Below, in pieces: positions 9,896 through 21,800 of a stretch of DNA of 64,000 bases. Position numbers and translations under genes: made by a program. Position 1 is the stretch's first letter; every line of letters begins with the position of its first letter. Source of the stretch: a virus; the IMG/VR virus record IMGVR_UViG_3300042691_015660; one strand, given 5' to 3'. The notes under the pieces were generated by a model. That model saw only the letters and a list, made by a program, of their open reading frames with translations, made no database searches and was not told the origin of the DNA.

Positions 9896-12031
9896 TTAAT
9901 TGTAAGTTCCTGAGAATATAATATAATTGATAGTCAAATACGGATTCATCTTATTCACTGGTTGTCCAAGTGATGGTGAATCAACGCCGCCGCTATTTGT
10001 TAGGTATTGTCCATTAGCTAAACTATCTGGTCCATTAGTAGTATGTGGTACAGCATCCACATCAGTAATAGCATCGGCGGTATTTCTTATAGCATAATAT
10101 TGATTACCTTTAGACCCTGTAGAAGTTGTGCCTCGCATATCATGTTTGTGATCTGGTAATTGAGAAAGATTTAATGTAGTTTCTTCTTCTCCGTTACCTG
10201 AACCGATATTATCGGCTGTAACATCTGTTACTCTGTTTGCTGTTGGATTAGGAACTCCGTTTTTATCAAGAATGGTGCTGATAAAATTGCCTAATCCATC
10301 CGGAACTAGAGTACCATTATCCATGTTGTCAGCGCCAAGAGCGAATCTGCCTCTTAAATCTGGAACACAAAAAGTAGAAGCACCTTGTAAAAGACTTTGT
10401 GATCTATAAGTGTATCCAATTACAGCAAACAATGCCGGGTACGCACTGATCGATTGTTCACTACCATCACATAACAAAAATCCATTTGGTACACTTGTTC
10501 CGGCGAAAGGTAAAATGATGCCAGCAGGCATAACTCCTGCGTTAGATAGAAAATTAGTTTTAGTAATTTTTCTTAAACCAACACTAGGAATGTTTACTAA
10601 AAGTTGCGCATTAGCTGTTGTAGTTTCAACTGCTACCTTGGCATTGATTAGATCAGCTGTAATTGTTGTATTGAACGTAGACACACCACTAGGTTGCTGT
10701 CCATTGAAGTTAATTGTATTACTACTAACATCACCTGTTAATGAAAATGCTGTACTACTAGCTAGTCTACTAGCTGTTCCGGATACACTACCTGCTAGTT
10801 GTCCTGAAAAACTTCCAAAAAATGTATCAGCAAATATTTCTCTACCGTAAATTGATTTAAACCTATTATTATTAGATCCTAAATCATGAGCATTAGTAGT
10901 CAAAGGTATTATACTTTGAGAACTTATTTGTCCTGTTACAGTAGCTCCTGTGCCTACGTATAAACTTTTTGCTATACTCGCTCCTCCGGCAGTTTTAATA
11001 CTTCCAGAAGTTAAATCAACAGCGTTTGTAGTTCCTGTTACTATAAGTTGATCATTAGTTTGTATGTTACCAACTACATCTAATGTAGCAGTTGGATTAG
11101 TTTTATTAATTCCAACGTTAGTACCACTGACTGATATAACATCGTTAGCCGTTCCAGATTGATTTGTTCTGATAAAAATACTAGAACCTTCGGTTTTATT
11201 GTAAAGGATAGCCGCACCATTGTTATCAATAGTTAAACTTGTAGCTAAATCTGATCCTATTGTTAAACCTAGATTATTTCTGATACTTAAACTGCTATTA
11301 GAAGTACTTGCTACGTCTGATCTTAAAAAACTATCTGAAGAAATAGTTCTTCCAGCTACTACTAACGCATCTGCTTTTTCTGCTGTTCCCCATAATTTAT
11401 TTAATGACGAAACATTGCCACTATCATCTATAGAAGTTACGTTTATTCCTCGTTTAATAATACTAAAACCAGGAATAGCTAATTTAGGAGTGAACTCAGA
11501 TTTACTAAAAATTACAATTACTCTGTTACCAACATAAAAATTAATTAATAAATGAGTACCGTTTCCTGTATCAAAGACTGTTTCTATCTTAGGACCAGTT
11601 AATGTGCCTTCGCTAAACTGAGGACCAACCAAAACCCAATTTGATCCAGAGTATAAGTATAACTGTTGATTAGTAGTATCTGTCCATAAATCTCCCTTAA
11701 TAGCATTTAATGGAGGACTTCCTGACTTTACTAAATTACCTGCTGGTACCCAATTTGTGCCATCATAAATTTTTAACTGAGGTTGTCTATTTTCTTCTAT
11801 AACATCTGCTTCAGTGTCGTACCATAATTGTCCTTGAACTGGCGCGGTTGGCGCAGTTGCGCTGGCAAAGTGTTCCATCAAATGAAGAAAATTTTCAGCA
11901 ATAGTTTTGCTGTAACCAGTATAATTTTTTCCTACAAACCCAATACTCGTTGTACGATTAACATCTTGATCAGCAACTGTTATACTGCCGTTGTTAGGTC
12001 TATCTGTATGATCAATTGTATATGACATCAT
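9896..12031 (-). CDS. Tail fibre protein with tail-collar domain
   Basis: Collar motif PAGIILPFAG..PNGFLLCDGS...YPALFAVIG..F.VPDLRGRF and C-terminal NPYLTINYII. Confidence 0.8.
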   Translation of the reverse strand: MMSYTIDHTDRPNNGSITVADQDVNRTTSIGFVGKNYTGYSKTIAENFLHLMEHFASATAPTAPVQGQLWYDTEADVIEENRQPQLKIYDGTNWVPAGNLVKSGSPPLNAIKGDLWTDTTNQQLYLYSGSNWVLVGPQFSEGTLTGPKIETVFDTGNGTHLLINFYVGNRVIVIFSKSEFTPKLAIPGFSIIKRGINVTSIDDSGNVSSLNKLWGTAEKADALVVAGRTISSDSFLRSDVASTSNSSLSIRNNLGLTIGSDLATSLTIDNNGAAILYNKTEGSSIFIRTNQSGTANDVISVSGTNVGINKTNPTATLDVVGNIQTNDQLIVTGTTNAVDLTSGSIKTAGGASIAKSLYVGTGATVTGQISSQSIIPLTTNAHDLGSNNNRFKSIYGREIFADTFFGSFSGQLAGSVSGTASRLASSTAFSLTGDVSSNTINFNGQQPSGVSTFNTTITADLINAKVAVETTTANAQLLVNIPSVGLRKITKTNFLSNAGVMPAGIILPFAGTSVPNGFLLCDGSEQSISAYPALFAVIGYTYRSQSLLQGASTFCVPDLRGRFALGADNMDNGTLVPDGLGNFISTILDKNGVPNPTANRVTDVTADNIGSGNGEEETTLNLSQLPDHKHDMRGTTSTGSKGNQYYAIRNTADAITDVDAVPHTTNGPDSLANGQYLTNSGGVDSPSLGQPVNKMNPYLTINYIIFSGTYN

Positions 12032-12639
12032 TGAACCTCACTTAAACCTGTTAGACTTTGTATTCTCACAGTATAATCAATTTGAATTAATCTGTTCAAG
12101 CTTTTTTGAACAGGGTGAAATATTACATGCGTTAGCAATCTACTAGTGCCTGTGTTGCTGTAACTTTTTAATCCTAGTTCGTCAAATACATAATCACTTT
12201 TATTATCGCTAGTATTGTCGAATGCTTCTTGTCCTGTAGGCTCGCCGTAGTCCAACAAGCAGGTTACAAATACGTCTGTATAGTTTACACCCGTGATATG
12301 TCTTGTTTCTATTCTATTACGTATTGGATCTACATTACTCACGCTACGATCATCAACAACCTTACTGTAAGTTTGGTTATACAAAGCAGCATTAGTACCT
12401 GTACTATTAGGAGTCAAGTAAGTAATTATACCAGTAGGATCAACAGTAGTTCCTCCATTACCGAAAACAAGCTCGTAAATAAAACCTTGTCCTGAATTGG
12501 CAATAGATTCAGCAAGAGCAATACTCATATTTTCATAATGAATAGCATTACGCTTGTTGATATATACTTCTTGAGTTGTAGGGTCATAAATTTTAATATG
12601 CCCTTCGATATGTATTCCTGATAAATCTCTACCTTGCAT
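12028..12639 (-). CDS. Baseplate/tail-fibre attachment protein
   Basis: FGNGG and FDELGL...KSLNRLIQIDYTVRI resemble fibre-attachment (P2 gpH N-terminus-like) domains. Confidence 0.5.
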   Translation of the reverse strand: MQGRDLSGIHIEGHIKIYDPTTQEVYINKRNAIHYENMSIALAESIANSGQGFIYELVFGNGGTTVDPTGIITYLTPNSTGTNAALYNQTYSKVVDDRSVSNVDPIRNRIETRHITGVNYTDVFVTCLLDYGEPTGQEAFDNTSDNKSDYVFDELGLKSYSNTGTSRLLTHVIFHPVQKSLNRLIQIDYTVRIQSLTGLSEVQ

Positions 12640-12659
12640 AAGTTTTCTCTTTATTTGAA

Positions 12660-12689
12660 TATTTACCTAAAAGTATAAAGTGCGTATTT
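12660..12689 (-). promoter_or_regulatory. Bipartite late promoter AAATACGCAC-N14-TAAATA
   Basis: Same motif and spacing recur at 35652-35681 and 41701-41730. TAAATA resembles the T4 late box TATAAATA. Confidence 0.6.
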
Positions 12690-12997
12690 TACTTAGGAAA
12701 CTGCTCTTTAATTGCTTGTATCTGTGCTCGCCATGCTTCATAGCCGCCGTGAAACATCAAATCTAACTGTTCTTCAATACTAGGATAAGCTTCTGCTCGT
12801 TGTCTTTGATAATCTTTTCTATCATATTCAGCTTGTAATCTTTGCAATTCAGCGTCGACTTCTTGTAAAGTTGGCTTAGGCACATTTTCGCTGTACCACT
12901 CTATGGTACTATAATCATCACCCCACATACTGAATTCAGCATTTGGTCTTAAAGATTTTATAGCATCAGTAATTCTAATTCCGTTTTCTTCTATCAT
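12689..12997 (-). CDS. Tail-fibre assembly chaperone-like (XkdW-like) protein
   Basis: AIKSLRPNAEF..IEW..KPT..YQRQRAEAYPSIEEQLD..IKEQFPK pattern, directly after a fibre gene. Confidence 0.55.
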   Translation of the reverse strand: MIEENGIRITDAIKSLRPNAEFSMWGDDYSTIEWYSENVPKPTLQEVDAELQRLQAEYDRKDYQRQRAEAYPSIEEQLDLMFHGGYEAWRAQIQAIKEQFPK

Positions 12998-13008
12998 AAA
13001 TTGTCCTA

Positions 13009-15897
13009 TTATGGTCTAAATTCTGTAACGATCATATTACTGTAGTTTGGCATATCAACAACAGTAGACCTGTTATTAATTCCTAAATTACGAGCAACGT
13101 TAGCCCAAAAGGAACAAGCATATAATCTGTAAGTGATAGTTTCGCCGACATTAGGAGCCACTGGATCTATATAATTAAAATTGACTCTTTGCTGATGATA
13201 ACTGTTGCCATCGTTAACTGGAAAATAGGTAAAATTAACATTTTGTAATCCGGGGCCAAAGGTACCGTAGCCTTGAGGGTTTCCTGCTGTTACTAACATA
13301 GTATTTACAGTAGCTACAAAAGGACCTCCATTAATAGATTTTCTTATTGCCCAATAACTTACATAAGTTGCTGCTGATGCCACATCTACATTAACCATAA
13401 ATCTGCTATCTAAGCTATATGGCGATATAGTCACTTGTAGAAAGTTTCCAAAAGGAGCCTGTACAGCCACCGGAACAGTCGAATTAATGAGTTGATAAGC
13501 TCGAGCATTGGAGCCGCCTTGGTCCCAATTGTTAATACCCCCATTCCACTCTGGTCTACCATATCCAATAGTTTTAGTTTTTACCTGTCTAACTTCACTG
13601 TTAGCTAAAAAACTTATTCTATCATCTACATAATTTTTAGTAGCTGCTTGTAATGCTGATGTTGGTTTGGCATGTAAAAATAAAGAACCTGATAAAGATC
13701 CTCCAGTTAGAGGTAATTTTGTATTGTCTATTGTAGTTACTGAATTAAATTTAGTGTCTACATAAGCTTTATTAGCAGCATGATTAGCACTAGACGGATT
13801 TCCATTTAGCGTTAAGAATCCGCTCATTGTTCCGCCTGTAGTTGGCAAGAATGTGCTAGTATTAACTGTACTAGAAATTATACTATAAGAACCTGATGTT
13901 TGTATATCGATGCCTGTGCCTGCTTGTAATGTACCTCCTCCTGACCCGTCATCACTAGCTTTAATAATATAGTACACACCAATGTAAGGAGGAAGATTAG
14001 CATTTGTGCCACTGGCTCCTTCTGTTGAAATAGCTACAGTTGTATTAACTGAACCACTAGGTACGCCAGAACTCGAAGAATTTATCGTTCCAGAAGGTGT
14101 GCCTGCTGATGTTGAAATAATATTAATACCTACTGTAGAACGTTGTGTTTGAAGTATAGTAGGCTGCGGATTATTTGAATTAGCACTATCAATATACGAT
14201 GCGCTATCTCCATTATCATTTCCAGATTCTAAAACATAATGAGCATGTCCAGGATCAGAATAAGCATGGGAATGGGCTGGCAAAGAATTACCTGAAAATG
14301 TATGACTATGATTAGGAAGTACATTGCCTGTAAATAAAGATTGAGCAGTAGCAGTGTGTTGGTGGGCAATAACAATCTGGTCTTTACTGCCGCCAGTTGA
14401 GTTGGCGCTGTACAGTCCTCCTGCTCCAACTGGAAATTTATTAATTAAATTTGGTAGGTTAAAAAAATCTCCGCTGCCGCCATAATTATAACCAATTCTA
14501 GAAAATAATGTAGGATAAAAAAGTTTGCTTACACTCTGTCCATTGCATAGTAGCCAATTTGTTGGAGGAGTAGCACTTCCCCACATTTTAATACTACCTG
14601 CTAGTTCATCTACCTTTGCTGCGCTAGCAGGTAATTGAATATCTTGGGTTCCGTCAAAATTTACTCCATTTATTTTTCTAGCAGTATTAAGTCTAGATGC
14701 TGTATCAGCATTACCAATTACATTACCTGTGACATTACCTGTGACATTACCTACAAAATTAGTAGCAACTACAGAAGTCGCTTGGAAATCTCCGTTAGAA
14801 TCTCTAGCAACTACCGTATTGGGTGTAGCAGAGGATGTAGCATTAACACTCCACGTACTGGCTTCATTACCATTATATGCGCTTGATCCACCTGTAATAT
14901 AATTACCTCTTGTTAATGCTTGAGGATTAGCAGCAGTTATAGTGATATTTTGTGTACCGTTAAACGGCTCGCCGTTAATCGTTCTTGATGTTTGAAGTTG
15001 TGTAGCAGTACTAGAATTGCCTGTGACATTACCGGTAACATTACCAATAAAATTGTTAGCATTAATATTACCTATACTATCTCTAGCTACGATTGTATCA
15101 GTAACAGGACTAGTACTAGCAGACAAATAATCTAATCCTACAAGTAAACTATCTGCTTCTGTGCTTTTTGTTGCTGTTCCTGTGACATTACCGATAAAGT
15201 TACTTGCGTATACTTTACTCCAACGTAAACTTGGAGTACCTAAGTTCATAGGCTGGCCACTAAAATCTGGCACTAGAGCTGGAGCAGTTTCATCTCCTAG
15301 TCCTACTGTATTAGCACGAGATATTAAACGTATATCAGCAAGATTGCCTGCCATACTAGTATCTCTTACACTTAAAACTATTACACCGTTAACATCATCT
15401 TTAATAGTTGGCGTATTACTATCTTCTACATAAAATAAGAAATCATTTTGATTTCCTATTGTTATTCCAGAATCATCAAATGCTTCTACGCTGATTGGAA
15501 TTGTAGAAAGTATACCATTTGAAATAGTAAGACCTTCCCCAACTTTTATTCCACCTAGTACTGTAGGAGTAGCTATGGGTAAAGTATACGCAGAAGTGAG
15601 TACTCCTGCTTCGTTTACAGTTAGTCCTTCGCCTATAATTACACCGCCTAGTTGATTCTGTGTAGCTGGTGCTAATGTAAAAGCATCAAAATTTAAAACA
15701 CTTACTGTGCCTGTATTGTCTATACTAAGCCCTGTACCAATTTTAATTGTGCCTAGCTGAGTTCCCGAAGCAACTGTATTAATAGAAGTTTTAAGGTCTA
15801 AAAAACTTATTTTCTTAGTTGTTAACCCGTCACTGATTGGTAAAACATTCCCGTCATTAGGACTAGTAATTTTTGCTAAATCTGATATCTTTGCCAT
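13009..15897 (-). CDS. Tail fibre protein with tail-collar domain and C-terminal receptor-binding-like domain
   Basis: LGxIKIGxGL repeats, GNVTGNVTGN repeats, RTINGxxFxGTQxI repeats and collar GSIKMWG..PPTNWLLCNGQ...LPPYIGVYYIIK. Confidence 0.8.
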   Translation of the reverse strand: MAKISDLAKITSPNDGNVLPISDGLTTKKISFLDLKTSINTVASGTQLGTIKIGTGLSIDNTGTVSVLNFDAFTLAPATQNQLGGVIIGEGLTVNEAGVLTSAYTLPIATPTVLGGIKVGEGLTISNGILSTIPISVEAFDDSGITIGNQNDFLFYVEDSNTPTIKDDVNGVIVLSVRDTSMAGNLADIRLISRANTVGLGDETAPALVPDFSGQPMNLGTPSLRWSKVYASNFIGNVTGTATKSTEADSLLVGLDYLSASTSPVTDTIVARDSIGNINANNFIGNVTGNVTGNSSTATQLQTSRTINGEPFNGTQNITITAANPQALTRGNYITGGSSAYNGNEASTWSVNATSSATPNTVVARDSNGDFQATSVVATNFVGNVTGNVTGNVIGNADTASRLNTARKINGVNFDGTQDIQLPASAAKVDELAGSIKMWGSATPPTNWLLCNGQSVSKLFYPTLFSRIGYNYGGSGDFFNLPNLINKFPVGAGGLYSANSTGGSKDQIVIAHQHTATAQSLFTGNVLPNHSHTFSGNSLPAHSHAYSDPGHAHYVLESGNDNGDSASYIDSANSNNPQPTILQTQRSTVGINIISTSAGTPSGTINSSSSGVPSGSVNTTVAISTEGASGTNANLPPYIGVYYIIKASDDGSGGGTLQAGTGIDIQTSGSYSIISSTVNTSTFLPTTGGTMSGFLTLNGNPSSANHAANKAYVDTKFNSVTTIDNTKLPLTGGSLSGSLFLHAKPTSALQAATKNYVDDRISFLANSEVRQVKTKTIGYGRPEWNGGINNWDQGGSNARAYQLINSTVPVAVQAPFGNFLQVTISPYSLDSRFMVNVDVASAATYVSYWAIRKSINGGPFVATVNTMLVTAGNPQGYGTFGPGLQNVNFTYFPVNDGNSYHQQRVNFNYIDPVAPNVGETITYRLYACSFWANVARNLGINNRSTVVDMPNYSNMIVTEFRP
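14720..14752. repeat. 12-bp tandem repeat (ACATTACCTGTG) encoding GNVT units
   Basis: acattacctgtg-acattacctgtg-acattacct is visible directly. Confidence 0.7.
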
Positions 15898-18800
15898 TTA
15901 ATCAAGCTCCAGGGGTTCATCGCCATCTACAGTTATAGACTCGCCAGTGTCTGTTAATAACACATATTGATATTTATCAGCCAAGTATTGTGGCCAAATT
16001 GCCTCGGTATTTTTTAGGAAATTAGCTATTGGATTATCAGATTCTGATAAACTAGTAGTAGTATATCCAGATTTAGCACCTTGCCCTTGGTAAGTATAGC
16101 TTACAATACTAGAAGAACTATCGTCTGAAACATCTGTAACTGTGATTATTATATCATTTTCCGGAGTAGACCCTCCTAATCTTGTACCTAAAATTGTCAA
16201 AGTATTACCTACAGCATAGTTTGTGCCACCACGTTTCATTGTAAGCACATATTGATTACTGTTTTTAATTACGTCAAACACTGCGCCGCCACTACCTACT
16301 GGAATATTCTTAAATACTCTTTCTGGTGGAGCAGCATCCTCCCAAACTCGACCAACTTTCTTAATAACAGTAATCTTTACATTTTCAGCCACTTCATTAG
16401 TCAGATGAACTTGATCTGTACCGTCAACACTAAACTCTGACTCATACTGATCATCTGCTTCAGGGCTATCAGGATACTGATTACTTTCACCGAATAAACT
16501 ATAAGCATTCTTTTTAAGTCTGTATCCTCCTACGAACACTTCAATTTCATTAGATTGTCCGTAAGTTATGCCCCTAGCTTTTCCTGATCCTGAACCAGCT
16601 TTAGCAGCGACGAATGTCGATCCAGTAGTGTACGTTATACCTGATGTTCCAGCAATGGTATTCCAGTTAGTTGTTCCTAGTTCAACAATCTGATACTGCC
16701 TACCTGCCGATAAATCATACGCATTTTCTATATCTTTTATAGGAGCATAACTTAATCCAATATTTTTAGTATTTCCGGAACCAAAACTAGATTCTACGAT
16801 AAAGTCATCATTGTAAGGTATGGTTTCAGTAGGACCTATGTCTAATACAACAGACGTCATTTTATGAATAGCAGGACTGCCTGTGCCTAATGTAGCCCTT
16901 CTTAGTTGTCCTAATACATCTCCGTTTTTAGTTAGATATTCAATACGTTCCCCATTAATTTCAACAATACCTGGAAGATTTAACGATCTATTAGGATCTG
17001 TTAATACAGAACCATTTTCTACCGTTATAATTAAATCTTTTTGTTTTAAATCTTTAGCTAAACGAGTAGATTTATTTTTACTAATTCTCTTGTAGTGTGT
17101 TCTATTAAGCATGTCTTTAAACTGCATAAATCCAAAGCTATTAGTAACATTATTATCTCCGAAAAGAATTACATCGATAACGTCAGTTTCATCAAAGACA
17201 TCTTTAAATTTTATAGTTCTATAATCATCATCTAGGTAATAATCTACACTATGAACTAGTAACTTTCTATTCTTTGCTATCCAGACATAATCTTCTGATT
17301 GTGTTGTTCTAAATAGTTTAAGAGAGCCTCCTCTAATACTATGATATTGATAATAAGTTAAACTTCCTGGAACTAAAGACGATGTTATATTAAAAAATTC
17401 TTTTGTTCTAATAATGTTTTGTACAGTATGATTGAAAAATGTCACTACTTCTACGTCGCCGCTCGGAGCAGAATCGAAGATAATATTGTTTCCACTGATA
17501 GTATAATCAGTATCTTCGAATCTAGTAAGTGTTAAAATACCGCCTTCAACGTAGACAAAATCTCGAATCTCAATAGTTAAGTTGCCATTATTTAATGTGT
17601 AGTCTAAAGAACTTAATTGTTCTCCATTAATATAAACTTTAATAGTACTAGGATCTAAAGTAAATGGCAGTGCTTTATAATCTGTTATATTATAAATGTA
17701 CTCATTGTCTTTTAATAGCCAATAAATTGACTCTCCAGGACGTAGTAAATTACCATTATTAATTACTAATAGGTAATTTTCATAAGGCTTAGCCATATCT
17801 TGAGGAATATTACCTAAACTATAAGACACAGTTGACCCATCAATATCAAGAGCTGAAGAGTTCACTAATGATATTGTGGTATTAGCATCACCTGTCATTA
17901 TATAATTGATAACAGCGTTGTCCTCAGGAGGTTCTGGAAATCTTATTCCTATAAATCCTGTAGTTTCATAAGATTCGTCAGTTCTAAATAATTCATATTC
18001 TACAGTTTCGTTATTAACTAACACTATCGAGCCTAGACGATCTATGCTTTGTTGAAAATCGCTGTCTGAATATAGCTGCGGCCAAGGAGCATTAGTAATA
18101 TAATCAGATGTACTTCCATCAGCAACAAAATAATTAGAATCAAGAATATTATTGCTAGCAGCACCAAAACTTGATATATTAATTATTTTTTTATCGGCCG
18201 GAGCTACAATCATATTAACTGTTTTTGTTTGCCAATCAATAGTGTAATCCGTATCTTTTTGTAGAATAGTGTTTTCTAAATTAACGAACACTCCGGCAGT
18301 ATTATTAGGAAATTGTCCAATATCAAAAGCTGTTGTCGCCCCGTCACAGATATAATTTTTAGAAATAATTCTAGAAGATCCAGACTGCGGAACTCTAAAC
18401 ACTTTAATATTCAACGTGTCGGTTATATGTCCTGGTACTATTTCTTCGGGAGCATGACTAGTTTCTGGTGTAACAAATCTACCGCCGCCTTCGACTAATA
18501 TATCATCCGGGGCAAAACCTGTGGCTGTTGTATAACTTAAATTGCCGCCCTGAAGCTGTGTATCAAAGCTCTTTGGATCTGGATTAATACTACCGTCGCT
18601 GGTATTTCTACGTAAAATAACTTGATCGTTTTCGTTAATATCTAATGGTATGGCACTAGTCAGATTAGGCAATTCTATAATAGAATTAATTCCGTCTCCT
18701 ACCCAGGTCTGCATTACCCTACCTTCTGGAGCACTAGTTCTTCCGTTAGGCTGGACCGTTACTCCATCATAACTATCAAAATATTCATCATCTATTCTTA

Positions 18801-21800
18801 CTCCATTGACATAAACGTTAATTTGTTCACCAGCAGCTGGAACATTTCCATCTCCAAAGTCTCTAAAATCGAATGTATAAGTGCTATCATTGACGCGAAT
18901 AATAATATCTGTGAATCCAACATCGTATCCATCCCATCCTTCACTGAACCAAGGCTGGCTATCCCATCCGCCGCCGATACTTAATCCTAAGCCAGTTACT
19001 ATAACTCCACCATAATCGATGCCTGTCATTAGTTGGGCTAGATCTTTACCTAACTGTCCTGTCTGTGGGTTATAATATTCCTTAATTCTATCAGCAGCAG
19101 ACAAGTGTTCGAAATTTTTATCATAAGTGATTTCTATTGTAGCACCTATGGCAGGAGCATTTTCAAAAGTTAAAATACCGTAATAACTAGTGAATCCTTT
19201 TACAGTGGTTTTCTTTACTGATAAGGCATAGTCATCTCGTAGAATTTCATTATCATTTACTTTAACAGTAGTGTGTCCAATAGTTAATACTGGACTGAAC
19301 CTTAAAGCAAATTGTTTTCTACTGCCTGTGCCTGTAAAATTTTCTACCTGAGTAAGTGCCGTAACAAAATAATTTCTAGTAATTCTATCAAACTTAACAA
19401 TAATTTTGCTAGATCTTATAACGTTACTTTTTAAAATAGCCACAGCTTTCGCAGGTCTATTTACAATTGTAGTATCTAATCCTCCTTCAAATTCTATCCT
19501 TGGAGCTTTAAAATATCCAGATCCTGAAGTAATTAAAGATACTCTTGTTACTTTTCCATTTGTAATATATGCTTTGGCTATTGCTTGTACAGCGTTACTG
19601 TTAAAGATATTATATGTTCTTGGAGGAGTACCTTTTCCGTTACTAGCATCATTACGATCTTGAGGAGCAGCATCTCCAAAGAATGTTGGTCCAATGACAT
19701 AAGGATAAACAGGTGTTCCGGCATTTGTAGTAGTTACAAAATATGCATAAGTACCGTTAGGATAATCTGGTGTAATACAATATCTACCATTGTGCTTGTC
19801 TAAAGTACCATTTCCTGTATACTCATAATCTTGTATAAACATACCCATAGGATAAGTTTGTAAATCAGATATTATGCCAATCCTATAAGAAGAAACTTTA
19901 AGTCCATAACTAGAAGTCATTCTAGATATTCCGCTCGAAGGATCTGTAGCTACACTATATCCATTAGGTCCATAAATTGGATAACCGTCAAGAGCAAATC
20001 CTAAAATTTTACTATGTCCGTCAGCATGTTCTAATCCTGTACGCAAATATGGAATTTCAGATATTTCAATCTTATCTGCGTCGTTAAGGTCGTTACCTAT
20101 ACCTGATATCCAAGCGTTTCTAAAACTGAAATCTCTGTAAGAATACTGTCCATCTGAATCAGCTATTCCGCCTGCTTGATCCTGATTAAATGTATATTCT
20201 AATGTTTGAGAACTAGCATACGCAGCATTATAATCAAAATTGGTAACTAATTCTAATCCTTCAGGTGCTAGATTTCCAGCACTTGGATTAAAAACTGCTA
20301 CACCGTTTAAACAATAACCTATAATCCCTTCTGGGATATTGGCATGACCTCCGGCGGCGTAGGTGCCGCCTCTAAGAGGTATAATTTGACTGTACGATTG
20401 ATCAGTTGCTAAATTTTCAGATTGAACATTTCCATAACTGTGGTATGGTAATCCAGTGGCCACAATTTTCATTGTGCCTTCGTTTAAAATCCAAAAACTA
20501 TTAGGGCCATCAAAATTAGATTTAAGCTCATTAGTCGATGTTACAATTCCGTAATCATCTATTATTTTTATGGTAGGAGGTTCTAAATATCCTATTCCGC
20601 CATCAACTAATTCTAAAGTTTCGATAGAATAAGAAGCATTATCGTACCAATGTTTCCACGGATAGTCTAACAATTGACTATACGATGACCCGATGGCAAA
20701 ATTTTCATTCAAAGAAGCAGTTAACGGATAGATTTTTAATTCTTCATCTATAACAGGGGGTAAATCAAAATCAGTTACTGAAAGAGGCGCATTTTCAACT
20801 CTATTATATGCGCTTACATATTCTCTAACTTTCGTTCTAAAAGGCTTAACTTCCTTGACATAGCTCTCAAAATCTTGTAAATTATCACTATTATAAGTAA
20901 TTTTTTGTTTTAATTCGCCTGCGTGATGTGTTGCTTTTACGAAACTGGTTTTCATTGCCCAATCTAAAAAAGGCTGCTCGTATAAAGCATATCTAACACT
21001 AGCAAAGAACAGCTTTAAATATTCTGTTCTTAAATTATCTACTAATATTTTAGTTTTAATTGTATCTAAGATTATACTAAGTTCTGTAGTAGGAACAGTA
21101 TCGTATTGATCAGAGTCATATAACGGACCATCAAATCCTAAAGATTGATTTTTAAAATTATATAATAAATCTAAAAATTTTATAGTTCCGTTCTGACGAC
21201 CTATTACTTTATAATTTCGAGTATAATCGATAGTTGTTTCATTATTATATTTTTCTAGTAGTAACCACCCTCCGGATCCTACATTTTTTACCTTAACTAT
21301 ACTACCGATACTAGATTCAAGAGATGCTAATCCGTAAGTATTTTCTACAATGTAATTAATTTTTGTAAATTGATTATATCCTACCGAATACCAGTCAATA
21401 TACTGCCAAAATCTAGATACATCAAAAGTTTGCGTTCTAGCTTTACTCCATGTCTTATCTTTCTTAATGTAATGATAGATAGTCCACTTATCATAACTAT
21501 CACTATCACTTAGTACTAACACACTGAAAGGACGAGTGCTTAAAACTGTATCACTTCTGTAGCCGAATCCTTGAGACAAGATTTCAACCGTTTGAACAGC
21601 GCCTGCTTCTGTTAAAATAACTTTAACTTCTGCTCCTTGTCCTTTACCTGTTATACGAACTGGCGGAGCGTGGTGATAGCCTTTTCCTGGATTGACTATG
21701 TCCACGTCTACAATTTTTCCGTTTTCTATTACTGGGGAAAGAATAATTTGCTCTAATTGACTAGTTCCTACAAATCTAAGTTCTGGATCTGTATCGATAG

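Noticed and set aside
9896-15897. Diversity-generating retroelement acting on fibre tips
   Set aside because: No reverse transcriptase and no template/variable repeat pair differing at adenines was seen in the window.
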